From contig JASGJN010000022.1 in the NCBI GenBank assembly GCA_049840735.1, positions 672,001 through 736,000 on the forward strand: a DNA stretch of 64,000 bases, given 5' to 3'. The notes under the pieces are model-generated. The model was given only the letters and a program-made list of their open reading frames with translations, was not told the origin of the DNA and made no database searches. This DNA is from Anaeromyxobacter sp. (lineage in GTDB: Bacteria; Myxococcota; Myxococcia; Myxococcales; Anaeromyxobacteraceae). Every line of letters begins with the position of its first letter. Positions within the stretch are counted from its first letter, which is position 1. Positions 38,793 through 49,200 of this stretch are shown here, piece by piece. Position numbers and translations under genes: made by a program.

Positions 38793-41015
38793 TCAGCGTC
38801 CCACGCCGCTCGCAGGCACCGGCTCGAGCCGGGGCGCCTCCTGGCGCCGGCGCACCTCGTCGCGCGCCACCGCCAGGGCCGGCCCCAGCTCCCGCGCGAA
38901 GGGCGCGCTGGGGCCGTCGCCCGCGGCCAGCGTCTGCAGGCCGGCGGCGAACGGGGCATCGCCGTCCTCGGCGCGCCCGAGCCCGGTCACCAGCGACCGC
39001 AGCGCGGCCTGCCTGGCCGGCGGCTGCGCGAAGCGGAGCGCCTCGACCAGCTCGGCGGGCGCGGCGTTGGCGACCCCGGCCAGCGCGGAGGCCACCGCCG
39101 CCTCGAGGTGCGGCTCGGCCTGGGAGGGCTGCGCCAGCTCGACCAGCCTGCGCAGCGCCTCCGGCTCGGCGTCGGCCGCCAGGTCGGCCAGCGAGGAGAT
39201 CACCGGCGGCTGCGGCTCGTCCAGGAGGGCGGTCCAGAGGCGGACCACCGCCTGCGGGTCGGCGGCCAGCGCCTCCAGGAAGCTGCGCCGCGCCGCCTCG
39301 CCCTCGGGGTCGGAGAGGTAGACGCACTCGGCGATGGCCAGCCGGAGGGCCGGGTCGGCGGTGCTGCGCAGCGCGCCGCGGAGGAGCGGCTCGTTGCGCA
39401 GGTCGCCCTTGCGGCCGAAGCCGTAGAAGGTCCGGGCGGCGCCGGCCAGGTCGGGCACGGGCGCCGGTGGTGGGGCGGCGGCGGCGGCGAGCGCGCCGGG
39501 CGGGCCCCCGCTGGCGGCCAGCGTGGCCCCCACGGCGTCCACCGCGCGCAGCACCGGCCAGCGGCCGGGCGAGTCGTTGACCAGCACCGCGAAGGCCAGC
39601 ACCTTGCCGCCGGCGGTCTGGACGTAGCCGGCCAGCGAGACCACGCCCTCCAGCGAGCCGGTCTTGGCCCGCAGCCGGCCGGCGGCCTCGGTCCCTTCCA
39701 TGCGCCAGCGGATGGTCCCGTCGCGCGCCGCCACCGGCAGCGACCCCAGGTACTCGGGCTGGAGCGGGAAGCGGCTCCACATGGCCTGCAGCACCGTCAC
39801 CAGCTGGTGGGCCGAGAACCGGTTGGCGTCGTTCAGGCCGGAGCCGTTGGTCATGACGTAGGTGCCCGGCGCGACGCCCACCTCGGCCAGGAAGTCCTGC
39901 GTGACCGCCGTGCCCTTGGGCCAGCTGCCGGGCGCGCCCTTCACCTCGGCGCCCAGCGTCTTGAGCAGCTGCTCGGCGATGAAGTTGTTGGAGTGCTTGT
40001 TGAGGCGGCGGACGATGTCGGCCAGCTCGTCCGACTGCGTGACGTAGAGGAGCCGCGCGCTGGCCGGCACCGGGCCGGCGCGGACGCGCCCCACCTTCAC
40101 GCCGCGCAGCTCCAGGAGGCGGACCAGCGTGGCGCCCAGGTAGGCGGCCGGGTCCTCCACGCGGCGCCAGATCACCGTCGGCCGCGCGCCCAGCGGGATG
40201 CGCCCCTCCACCACCACGCGCTGCTTGCCGCCGCGCAGCTCGGCGCTGACCTTGACGCTGGAGCGGGCGGTGCGGCTCGCGGTCTGGGTCCGGTTCTCCA
40301 GGACCACCCAGCCGCTCTCCGGCTCCACCTCGACGCGCGCGCGCTGCCCGCGCGCGGGGCCGGGGGCCACGTGCACGCCAATGGCGTTGAAGTTGAGCGA
40401 GAGCGCGCCGGCCGGGGCCAGGTAGGCGCGGTCGCCCTCCTCCTGGTCGAAGCCCGGGCCGGTCCGCTCGGCGTCGAAGAAGCCGTCGTCCAGGACCAGC
40501 TCGTCCACGCGGCGCAGGCCGAGGTGGGCCAGGTCGCCGGCGATGGCCCAGAGCCGCTCGGTGACGAGCGAGGGATCGCCCCGGCCGCGGACGTGGAGCG
40601 CCTTCACGCGCGACAGGTCGGGCGCGCCGTCCACCAGGAACTCGGTGGCGAAGCGGTACTCCGGCCCCAGCCGCGCCAGCGCCGCCGCGGTGGTGACCAG
40701 CTTCACGTTGGAGGCCGGGTTGAGGAGCGCGTCGCCGTCCTTCGAGTACACCGCCGGGCCGCCGTCTGCGGGTGCGACGTAGATGCCGACGCGCGCCCGC
40801 GCCAGCGGATCGGCCGCGGCGATGGCGTTGAGAGCCTCTACCAGTTCTGTCCTGTCGGGGGTCGCCGCTCCGGGTGCGGCGAAACCATTACTCTGGGATA
40901 AGGAGGCCGAAGAATTACTCTGGGAGTTCGCTGAGGCTACCCGGACGGAGGGTTGGGGGGTGGCGGCGACGAGCGATGCGAGGACGGCGGCCAGGGCGCC
41001 GGTGGGCAGGGGCAC
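38793..41015 (-). CDS. dacB: D-alanyl-D-alanine carboxypeptidase/endopeptidase PBP4 (S13) with helical C-terminal extension
   Basis: PASNVK (SxxK), SNNF (SxN), AKTGSL (KTG), GRGDPSL, NGSGL; about 220 extra C-terminal residues. Confidence 0.92.
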   Translation of the reverse strand: MPLPTGALAAVLASLVAATPQPSVRVASANSQSNSSASLSQSNGFAAPGAATPDRTELVEALNAIAAADPLARARVGIYVAPADGGPAVYSKDGDALLNPASNVKLVTTAAALARLGPEYRFATEFLVDGAPDLSRVKALHVRGRGDPSLVTERLWAIAGDLAHLGLRRVDELVLDDGFFDAERTGPGFDQEEGDRAYLAPAGALSLNFNAIGVHVAPGPARGQRARVEVEPESGWVVLENRTQTASRTARSSVKVSAELRGGKQRVVVEGRIPLGARPTVIWRRVEDPAAYLGATLVRLLELRGVKVGRVRAGPVPASARLLYVTQSDELADIVRRLNKHSNNFIAEQLLKTLGAEVKGAPGSWPKGTAVTQDFLAEVGVAPGTYVMTNGSGLNDANRFSAHQLVTVLQAMWSRFPLQPEYLGSLPVAARDGTIRWRMEGTEAAGRLRAKTGSLEGVVSLAGYVQTAGGKVLAFAVLVNDSPGRWPVLRAVDAVGATLAASGGPPGALAAAAAPPPAPVPDLAGAARTFYGFGRKGDLRNEPLLRGALRSTADPALRLAIAECVYLSDPEGEAARRSFLEALAADPQAVVRLWTALLDEPQPPVISSLADLAADAEPEALRRLVELAQPSQAEPHLEAAVASALAGVANAAPAELVEALRFAQPPARQAALRSLVTGLGRAEDGDAPFAAGLQTLAAGDGPSAPFARELGPALAVARDEVRRRQEAPRLEPVPASGVGR

Positions 41016-41118
41016 GGTGTGGGGTCCGGTGGGCGGGCGGTGGCTGGAGGGGCGCTAGGGCTTGGGCTTACTTGGAAAAACGCCTGGTGGGGGGTCGCCT
41101 ATTTCGCCGCTGGGCGCG

Positions 41119-41148
41119 TTGACAGGTGCGGCACGGCACCGCTAGGGT
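41119..41148 (+). promoter_or_regulatory. Candidate sigma-70 promoter for the Fur-family gene
   Basis: TTGACA-N18-TAGGGT. Confidence 0.5.
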
Positions 41149-41214
41149 ACGACGAGCAAGGGGTCGAGACAGGGTCGCGCCTGGGGCCGCGAACCTGGCA
41201 TTGGGGTGGGTGAC

Positions 41215-41743
41215 ATGGACGCTCGCACGCAGGAAGCGCTGGACCGCTTCGAGCGGTTCCTCCACCAGAAGGATCTTCCGCCTCACCGAGGCGCGAGCCG
41301 CCATCGTGGAGGCCGCCCTCGCACGCCAGGGCCATTATCCCATCGAGGAGCTGATCTCGGACCTCAAGAAGCGGGGCATCCGGGGCTCCAAGGCCACCGT
41401 CTACCGCACGCTGCCGCTGCTGGCGGAGTGCGGCATCGTCGAGGCGGCCATCGTGGCAGGCGACGCCAAGAGCTACGAGACCACCTTCGGCCGCCACCAC
41501 CACGACCACCTGCTCTGCGCCCGCTGCAACAAGGTGGTCGAGTTCGAGTTCGAGGCCTTCGAGATCCTGCAGAAGGAGGTGGCGGCCCGGTACGGCTTCC
41601 GCCTCGACGGCCACCACCACGAGCTCATCGGGCTCTGCGGCGACTGCCTCGCGCGCGAGGGACTCTCGCCGCCCACGCCGCCGCCGGCCGCCAACTCGCC
41701 CGGCGAGGGCGGCGGCGGGACGTCCGAGTCCGGCGTGGCGTAA
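41215..41743 (+). CDS. Fur-family metalloregulator; frameshift near 41277
   Basis: MDARTQEALDRFERFLHQKDL joins RLTEAR, SKATVYRTL, HHHDHLLCARC, GLCGDC. Confidence 0.9.
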
Positions 41744-41758
41744 CGCGGCCCGCGGGGC

Positions 41759-41796
41759 GCCCTTCGACTCCGCGCCGCTACGCTCAGGGCGAACGG
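41759..41796 (+). repeat. Short REP-like element overlapping the methyltransferase stop codon
   Basis: CCCTTCGACTCCGCGCCGCTACGCTCAGGGCGAACGG. Confidence 0.7.
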
Positions 41797-43664
41797 CCGT
41801 TCTCGACACGGACCAGCTTCCGTGTGATCGACTCGGCATGCGCCAGCCGCGCGGCCACGCGCTCGAGCAGCGCGTGCCTCCGCCCCTCCGCCTCCGCCCG
41901 CGGCAGCCCCAGCGCCGAGGTGACCAGCTGGTCCAGCTCGCGCTGCGCGGGGCGGGCCAGCATGGCGCCGAGGTCGGTCGTGACCGGGGCCTCCGCCAGC
42001 GCGCCCCAGAGCGCCGCCAGGTCGGAGGCGAGCGGGGCCAGCGCGGCGGGCGGCGGCAGCGGCGCGGCGGCCAGCACGCGGCAGTCCACGTCGGCGATGG
42101 CCTGCGCGCCGGTCAGCTGGCGGGCGGCCTCGTCGATGGCCAGGCGCACCGGCGTGGCCGAGAGCAGCAGCGCCACCTGCCAGTCCGGCAGCGCGCGCGG
42201 GAAGAGCGCGTGCCACTTCTTGTCCTCCCAGAGCCCGGCGGCGTTGAGGAAGGCGAAGGCGCGCGCGCCGATCTTGGCGGGGTAGAGCACCGGCGCCGGC
42301 CCGCGCCCGGGGGCGAGCCGCCACCACGGGTTGCGCCCGGCGCAGGTGGCGCGGCGGTGCACGCCGGCGGCCTCGCCCTGCGCCAGGTACCGCCGCGCCG
42401 CCGGGGTCTCGCGGGCGGGCCGGAAGAGGAAGCTGGCCGGCTCCGCGACCGCCGGCGCCCGCGCCTCCTTCAGCGAGGCGAGCAGCGGCACCACCTCGCC
42501 GGCCCCCAGCGCCACCTCCCCGCACAGCGCGGAGCGGAAGCGCCCCGGGCCCGAAGGGCGCAGGTGGAAGAACGCGTTGCAGCCGGTCTTGGTGCCGAAG
42601 CGGACCTCGCACAGCTCGCCCAGCGGGACCGCGCCGCGCGGGGTCGCGCTGCGCCGCAGCAGCCGCACGCGCGGACCGCCGGCGCCGCGGGCCAGCGCGC
42701 ACAGCTCGGCGTCGGCCAGCCCGGCCAGCGGGACGGTGGCCTCGGCCTCCGGGCCGTCGGTCCCGCCCTCCGCCCAGACCACCAACCGCGTGTCCACCGA
42801 GACGGCGAAGGAGCCCGCCACGCGGGAGCGCAGGCGCAGCACGAAGCCGCCCCGGGCACGGGCCTCCGCGCCGAGCGGCGCGGCCGAGCGCGAGGTGTCG
42901 AGCGCCCGCGGCCAGACCAGCGCCGCCACCGGCGCGCGGCGCAGCGCCAGCAGCGCGAAGTGGGCCGAGAGGTCGGCCTGGCGCGGCAGCCCGGAGGCCT
43001 TCACCGCGGCCGCCTTCTCGCGGCCGGAGAGCCGCTCGTGGCGCAGGAAGGGCGGGTTGGCCAGCACCAGGTCGGCCCGGGGCCAGGGCGCGGTCAGGGC
43101 GTCGGCGCGGGCGACCCGGGCGTCGGCGTCGAGGAGCGCCAGCCGCGCGCGGGCCGCCTCGGCGGCCAGCGGGGCCAGCTCCAGGCCGTGCAGCGCCAGG
43201 CGCGCCCCCACCGCCTGCCCCAGCGCGGCCGCCGCGGCGAGCAGGGCGCCGCCGCCGCAGGCCGGGTCGAGCACCACCAGCCCCTCGATCGCGCGCGCCA
43301 GCGCCGGCGCGGGCGCGCCCGCCAGCAGCGCCTCCAGCGCCTCGGCCGGCGCCGGGCCGCCGCGGCGGCTCGCGGCGTGGGCCAGCCCCACTGCGGCCAG
43401 GTGCCGGGCCTCGGCCGGGGGCGTGAAGACCGCGCCGCGGGCGCCGTTCAAGGCGCGCGCGCAGAGCGCCTCGAGGAGCCGTCCGTCGAGCCGCTCGGGC
43501 GAGGGGTCGCGCTCGGAGCCCACCGGCAGCGCGCGCAGCGGGCCGCCGCGCTCGCCCCGCAGCCGCGCCGCCGCCGCCTCCAGCTGCGCGGCCGGGTCGA
43601 GCCGCTCCAGCGCGGCCAGCGCGGCGGCGTGGGCGGACGCGGCCGGGCGCGCGGAGGAGGTCAC
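41784..43664 (-). CDS. N6-adenine DNA methyltransferase-like protein (gamma class, TaqI/Eco57I-like)
   Basis: GAVFTP (motif X), VLDPACGGGALL (motif I), ANPPF (motif IV), G.KTG.N.FF in the target-recognition region. Confidence 0.8.
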   Translation of the reverse strand: MTSSARPAASAHAAALAALERLDPAAQLEAAAARLRGERGGPLRALPVGSERDPSPERLDGRLLEALCARALNGARGAVFTPPAEARHLAAVGLAHAASRRGGPAPAEALEALLAGAPAPALARAIEGLVVLDPACGGGALLAAAAALGQAVGARLALHGLELAPLAAEAARARLALLDADARVARADALTAPWPRADLVLANPPFLRHERLSGREKAAAVKASGLPRQADLSAHFALLALRRAPVAALVWPRALDTSRSAAPLGAEARARGGFVLRLRSRVAGSFAVSVDTRLVVWAEGGTDGPEAEATVPLAGLADAELCALARGAGGPRVRLLRRSATPRGAVPLGELCEVRFGTKTGCNAFFHLRPSGPGRFRSALCGEVALGAGEVVPLLASLKEARAPAVAEPASFLFRPARETPAARRYLAQGEAAGVHRRATCAGRNPWWRLAPGRGPAPVLYPAKIGARAFAFLNAAGLWEDKKWHALFPRALPDWQVALLLSATPVRLAIDEAARQLTGAQAIADVDCRVLAAAPLPPPAALAPLASDLAALWGALAEAPVTTDLGAMLARPAQRELDQLVTSALGLPRAEAEGRRHALLERVAARLAHAESITRKLVRVENGRSP

Positions 43665-43737
43665 GTGGCGCTCGGTGCCGCGGCTGGGATCACGCGGGGA
43701 TTGTACACGGGCCTGAGGTCTGGGGCCTGAAGCCCGC

Positions 43738-44079
43738 TCAGGCCCGCGCCCCGGCGCGCGCGCGCGGGTCCGGCACGAGCCGCGGCGCGTGGCGGGCGCT
43801 GGGCACCAGCGCCAGGCCCAGGAGCAGCAGCCCGGCCGCGAACTCGGCACCCGACGCCGCAGGCTCGGGGGCGGCGTGGCCGGTCCAGGCCAGCCAGGCG
43901 GCGGGGAGCGTCAGGGCGAAGCGCGCCGCCGGCCACTCCAGCGCCGCCAGCGTGCCGATGCAGACCAGCAGCCCCAGGGCCACGTCATGGAGGATGGGGC
44001 CGATCGCGGAGTAGCCGAGCAGCGCCGGGGCTGCCATCAGCCCCAGCCCCACCGCGAAGCTGCCCCAGCGAGCGTACAT
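43738..44079 (-). CDS. SPW-repeat small membrane protein
   Basis: GL.LMAAP.LLGY repeat, four hydrophobic segments. Confidence 0.65.
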   Translation of the reverse strand: MYARWGSFAVGLGLMAAPALLGYSAIGPILHDVALGLLVCIGTLAALEWPAARFALTLPAAWLAWTGHAAPEPAASGAEFAAGLLLLGLALVPSARHAPRLVPDPRARAGARA

Positions 44080-44332
44080 ACGGGATCAAGGTATCCGTGT
44101 GGCAGGGGACCGCAACAGCCCCGGTCACCTGCCTGGTCGCCCTCTTGGGGAGCGCCGCGGGGGGCAGGCCGCACGCAACCCCAGTTATCCCGCGGGTCTG
44201 CGGTTGCCGGGCGCGGCCGGGACCCGGAAACTGGCGGAGTCAGAATCCCCCGGCTAGGATGCACTCGCTTGCCGGGAACAGGGGGCTCCGATGCCTCGCG
44301 CCCGCTCGCGCAACCGCCGCACGGAAGCCTCG

Positions 44333-44596
44333 ATGACCTACGCCGACGAACGCGTCGCGGCCGAGATGGGCCGCGTGCTACTCGCCCTCTATCGCGCCGG
44401 GATGCAGGTCCGGGTCTGGCCCGACGCCATGAACGGCCGGGCCGGGGCGAAGATCGTGGCGGGGCCCTCAGCCAAGAAGCGCAAGGCCGAGGTGAAGTCG
44501 GCCACCGGCTCGGGCGAGTCGCCGCTGGCCGCCATCTACGCGGCGGTGGAGCGGATGAACGAGCGCGCCGGCGCGATCGTGGTGCGGCTGGACTGA
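44333..44596 (+). CDS. Small hypothetical protein
   Basis: 87-aa ORF with GC3-rich codons filling the gap between two minus-strand genes. Confidence 0.6.
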   Translation: MTYADERVAAEMGRVLLALYRAGMQVRVWPDAMNGRAGAKIVAGPSAKKRKAEVKSATGSGESPLAAIYAAVERMNERAGAIVVRLD

Positions 44597-44608
44597 GCGG
44601 GGCGGGGC

Positions 44609-44897
44609 CTACCCGAACAGCTTGTCCAGGTGCTGCTCGATTCTTGGTCTGCAGCTTCTCGCGCATGGCGTGCGGGACCATGATCGGGAACTTGAGCTCC
44701 ACCGTCACCTGCTCCGGCTTCACCTGGTAGGCGCCGTGCACGCCCATCTTCGAGACCTTGCCGGTCTTGGCGTCGCCGTCGCGGTGGTAGTGGAGCGAGT
44801 ACTGGTTCGCGATGTCCTCCATCAGCTCGTCCACCTTCTCGTAGATCTCGTCGGCCGAGCGGTTGGGGAAGGTGCGGTGGATGGTGTGATGGCTCAT
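44609..44897 (-). CDS. Small protein resembling the polyhydroxyalkanoic-acid-system family; frameshift near 44645
   Basis: MSHHTIHRTF...GVHG.YQV...QVTVELKFP...joins IEQHLDKLFG*; ATGA overlap with the queC stop. Confidence 0.6.
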
Positions 44898-45610
44898 CGG
44901 CTCTCCTGGGCGCCCTTGGCGTAGCGGGTGGGATCCGGGATCCCGGCCTCCTCGAACCCCTTGCGGCGCAGCTGGCACGCGTCACAGCGGCCGCAGGCGC
45001 GCCCGCCGATCGGATCGTAGCACGTGAGGGTCAGGCGGTAGGGCACGCCGAGGCGGGTGCCCAGCTTCACGATGCCGGCCTTGGACAGCTTGATGAGGGG
45101 CGCCTGGATCCGCAGCGGCCGCCCCTCCACGCCGGCCTTGGTGGCCACCCGCGCCAGCTTCTCGAAGGCGCGCAGGAAGGCCGGGCGGCAGTCCGGGTAC
45201 CCGGAGTAGTCGATGGCGTTCACGCCCACGAAGACGTCCTCGGCCCCGATGGTCTCGGCGTGGGCCAGCGCCAGCGCCAGCAGCACGGTGTTGCGCGCCG
45301 GGACATAGGTCACCGGGATGTCGGCGGCCATCTTCTTGGCGCTGCGCCCCTTGGGGACGGCGATGGCGCCGTCGGTCAGGGCCGAGCCGCCGAAGGCGGA
45401 GAGGTCCACCTTCACCACCCGGTGCGCCTTCGCGCCCATCACCCGGGCCAGCTGGCGCGCCCGGGTCAGCTCGCCCTTGTGGCGCTGGCCGTAGTCCACG
45501 GACAGTGCGTGGACCTCCAGGCCCTGGTCCAGCGCCACGGCCAGGCAGGTGGTCGAGTCGAGCCCGCCCGAGAGCAGCACCACCGCCTTGCGCGTCCTCT
45601 TCGCCTTCAT
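44894..45610 (-). CDS. queC: 7-cyano-7-deazaguanine synthase
   Basis: AVVLLSGGLDS, DYGQRH, TYVPARN, YSGYPDCRP, TCY..CG.CDAC. Confidence 0.97.
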   Translation of the reverse strand: MKAKRTRKAVVLLSGGLDSTTCLAVALDQGLEVHALSVDYGQRHKGELTRARQLARVMGAKAHRVVKVDLSAFGGSALTDGAIAVPKGRSAKKMAADIPVTYVPARNTVLLALALAHAETIGAEDVFVGVNAIDYSGYPDCRPAFLRAFEKLARVATKAGVEGRPLRIQAPLIKLSKAGIVKLGTRLGVPYRLTLTCYDPIGGRACGRCDACQLRRKGFEEAGIPDPTRYAKGAQESR

Positions 45611-46197
45611 CCGCCCTCCTGCCCGGCCACGCCGAGCGAGTAGATCGTGGTGCACGGCAGCTGGCAGGGCGCGCAGGCGTCCGAGCCGTCGCTGGCCGGG
45701 GGCGCGTCGTGCTGCGTCTCGGTGAGCGTCCCCTCGAACCCGGTGGCGCCGCCGCCGGCGGTGCCGGTCAGCGTGCCGTCCAGCACCACCGTGGTGAGCG
45801 GCTCGCAGGTGGAGGCGCAGGCCGCGAGCACCGCGCCCTGCAGCGTCACCTCCAGCCGGACGTGGTCGCCGTCGCGCGGGCCGCGCAGCGGCGCGGCCAG
45901 CCGGTGGCCGCTGCAGAACAGCGTCTCGCCGCTGCCCTCGTCCAGCGCGAAGGTGCCCAGGATGGTGGGCACCACCGCGTCGTCCGGGTTGGGGTCCTCC
46001 GGGTAGGAGGCCGGGACCTCCCAGCCGCCCCCGGGATCCGCCAGGCAGGCGCCCGACACCAGGGGCCCGGCCAGGCGGAGCCGCGCGAAGGTGCGGCCCG
46101 GGCACCCCTCCGGCTCCCGGGGGGCGCAGCCGGCGGCGAGCGCGAGGGCGGCAACGGCGGCCAGGGCCGCGCGGCGCGCGGGCGTGGAGGGCGGCAT
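45607..46197 (-). CDS. Cys-rich hypothetical lipoprotein
   Basis: Lipobox AAGC, several paired Cys; overlaps the queC start. Confidence 0.7.
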   Translation of the reverse strand: MPPSTPARRAALAAVAALALAAGCAPREPEGCPGRTFARLRLAGPLVSGACLADPGGGWEVPASYPEDPNPDDAVVPTILGTFALDEGSGETLFCSGHRLAAPLRGPRDGDHVRLEVTLQGAVLAACASTCEPLTTVVLDGTLTGTAGGGATGFEGTLTETQHDAPPASDGSDACAPCQLPCTTIYSLGVAGQEGG

Positions 46198-46209
46198 CGG
46201 CAAGGAGGC

Positions 46210-49200
46210 CTAATCTACCGCGACCCGCAGGTCCACGAACACGTCGGAGAGCGCGAACAGCGCCAGGTCGCGCACGTCCGGCAGCTCCAGCGCCGCGGCC
46301 GGGTCCTGCGGCGCGGCCTCCATGCGACGGTCGAGCGCGGCCAGCAGCCGCAGCGCCTCGCGCGGATCGCCGGCGTGGAGCAGCCCCATGCGGTTGGCGG
46401 TGCGGCGCAGGCCCGCGGCCAGCGCGCGCGGATTGAGCGTGGCCAGCTCGGCCGAGGCGGACGCGGCCAGCGGCTCGGCGCGCTCGCGCACGGTGGCCGG
46501 CACGGTCCGCTCCAGCGCCGCCAGGAAGGCGCCGGCGCGATCCGAGGGCAGGCCGGCCGAGGGCGGCGCGCCCCCGGCGAAGCGGCAGGCCAGCTCGAGC
46601 AGGATGGTCACGTCGCCGGGGGCGAACTTGCCGGCCAGCGCCCAGCCGTGCTGGACCAGGTCCAGCGTGCGGGCCGCCACGAAGGCCAGCGCCGAGGCGG
46701 GCAGCTCGGCCACCTGCGCGGAGAGGACGATGGCCGGCGGCTGGGTGTTCTCGACCGCCACCTCGAGGCCGGGGCGGCCGGTGAGGAAGACCGCGTGCGG
46801 CCGGGCGTGGGTGGCGCGCGCGGCCGACTCCAGCGCGCTGCGCAGCTCGGGGGCGCGCGGCGGGGCCAGCCAGTCGGCCGTGGTGGCGCCGCGCCGGGAG
46901 AGGTCGGCCGGGAAGAGCGGCTCGAGCCAGGGGGCCAGCAGCGAGAGCAGCTGCGCCAGGGGGCCGCTGGCCACCGGGACGGCCACCCGCTGCCGCGCGT
47001 CGGGCGGGAGCGCCGCGACCGCCGGCGCCGGCGGCGGCGCCATGGCGCCCACCGGCTCGACGTAGGCGGCCAGCGACGCCGCGGCCCGGCCGCGCTCGCG
47101 CAGGCGGGCCGACTGGCCCTCCGGGGCCTCGTCGGCGAGCCGCTCGCAGAGGAGCGCGGCGGCGGCCAGGGCGCTGGCGTCGGAGGGCTGGGCGCGCGCG
47201 ATGTCCAGCCAGACCTCCAGCGCGCGCGGCGCCCGCGCCGGGACGTCGGCCCAGACCACGGCCAGCTCGCGGCGGGTGTCGGTGTCCTCGGGCACCAGCG
47301 CCAGGGCCTTCTCCAGCAGCACCGCCGCCTTGTCCGGCTGATCCAGCCGCAGCCGGCGGACCTCGGCCAGATGGCGCAGGCGGGCCGCCGCGGCCAGCGG
47401 ATCGTGCGGGGCGATCACCTCCAGGCAGGCCTCGGCCAGGTCGACGTAGCGCTCGTACCGGCCCAGCTTCTCGGCCGCGCGCGCCATGTCGCGCGCCAGC
47501 GTGAGGTCGGAGGGGTCGCGCGCCAGGGCGTCGCCCAGCAAGTCGTAGGCGGCCTCCCAGCGGCCGGCGGCCAGCGCCTCGCGGCCCTGCGCGGCCAGCT
47601 CGGCCGCGGTGGGCTCCGGCGGGGCCTCGGGCCCGGACTCGGGGGCCGGCGCCGGCGCGTCGGGCGCGGTCTCCAGCGCGGGCGGGAACGCCTCCACCAG
47701 CTCCGGTGCCCGGGGGACCGCCTCGGAGGGCACGGGCTCCGGGGTGGGCTCCGGCGCCGCCTCGGGGGCCGGCGCCTCCTCCAGCGGCTCCAGCTCCAGG
47801 TCGTCGATGTCCAGCACCGGCTCGGCGTCGTCGGCCAGCTCGACCGGCGGCGGGGGCTCGGAAGGTGCGGGCGCCGCGGCCAGCTCCGGCGCGGCGGCGG
47901 GTGCCGGGGGCGGCTCCGCGGCCAGGAAGTCGGCGGCGAGGCTCTGCTCGAGCTCGGCCGCGAAGCCGTCGAGCGAGATGGGCGGCAGCTCCGGCGGCGC
48001 CTCGCCGGCGGCGGGCGCCTCCTCTGCCGGGAGGGGTCCGGCCTGGAGCGCGTCGGCGCGGGCCAGCAGCTCCGGGTCGTTCGCGGCCAGCGAGCGGAGC
48101 CAGACGCGGGTGAGCTCGCGCTCGGGGTCGGCCTGCAGCGCCGCCAGCAGCGCCCCGGCCGCGCCGGCGTGATCCCCGTTGCGCTCGAGGTGGCCGGCCA
48201 GCCGCTCGTAGAGCTCGGCCTGGCCCACGCCGGCGGCCATCTCGGCCTGGGCGCGGAGCACCTTGGCGACGGCGTCCTCGGCGCGCCCGGGGAGCGGGAC
48301 GGCCTCGCCCTCCGGCGCCGGGCCGGCCGCGGGGTGAGCCTCGGCGGGCGCCTCGGCGGCCGCGGGCGCCTCGGGCTCGGGCGGCGGCGGTGCCGGCGCA
48401 GCGGGCGCGGCCGGCTGGGCCGGGGTCGCGCGGGCCGCGCGCCGCTGCGCCTCCAGCGTGCGGAGCGCCTCGCGGGCCGGCGCGTGCGCCGGGTCGAGGG
48501 CCAGCGCCCGCGCCAGCGCGGCGTGCGCCTGGTCCAGCCGCCCGGCGTTCCAGAGCACCTCACCCTCCGTGACCGCCAGCGTCACCCGCGCCGCCAGGTC
48601 CTCTCCCAGGCCGGCGTCGCGGCGGGCCGCCAGGGCGCGCCAGGCGTCCACGTCCCCGCGGGCCAGGGCCAGCGCCGCGGCGGAGGCGAACGCCTCCAGG
48701 TCGTCCGGCTCGGCGTACAGGAGCGCGCTCCAGGCCGCCTCGGCGTCGGCGGTCCGCCCCGCGGCCTCGCAGGCGCGCGCCAGCCGGCGCCGGTGCATGG
48801 CCCGCTCGCCGGGGTGGAGCGCGTCCTGGTCGATGGCGGACAGGTGGACCACCGCGGCCTCGGCGTCGCCGGCCTCCAGCGCCTCCTCGGCCAGCGCGGC
48901 GCGGGCCGGCGCGCAGCCGGGCTGCGCGTGGATGGCGATGCGCCAGGCGCGCGCGGCCTCGCCCCGCTCGCCGGCGGCGTCGAAGAGCCGCGCCGCCTCG
49001 AGCGCGGCGGCCGCGGACTCCTGCTCGCCGCTGCGCAGCGCCACGTCCAGCAGCGCGCGCCCCGCCTCCAGGTGGTCGCCGGCCTGGGCCGCCAGGTGGG
49101 CGCGGGAGCGGAACGGCTCCACCGCGTCCGGGTCGGCGTCGGAGGCCAGGTCGAGCGCGGTGAGGAGGTCCGGCAGCGCGCCGCCGGCCGCGGCCAGCGC

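Noticed and set aside
44080..44330. Riboswitch or ncRNA in the 250-bp divergent intergenic region
   Set aside because: A stem-loop is present (GGCAGG-GGACCG...CGGTC-ACCTGCC), but no known aptamer or tRNA motif was recognised; a covariance-model search would be needed.
41784..45610. QueC-based defence or DNA-modification system (Dpd, QatABCD, CBASS type IV) with the methyltransferase
   Set aside because: QueC has the canonical length and motifs of the queuosine enzyme. No DpdA/TGT-like, TatD, cyclase or ATPase partner is in the window, and the MTase is separated by unrelated genes.
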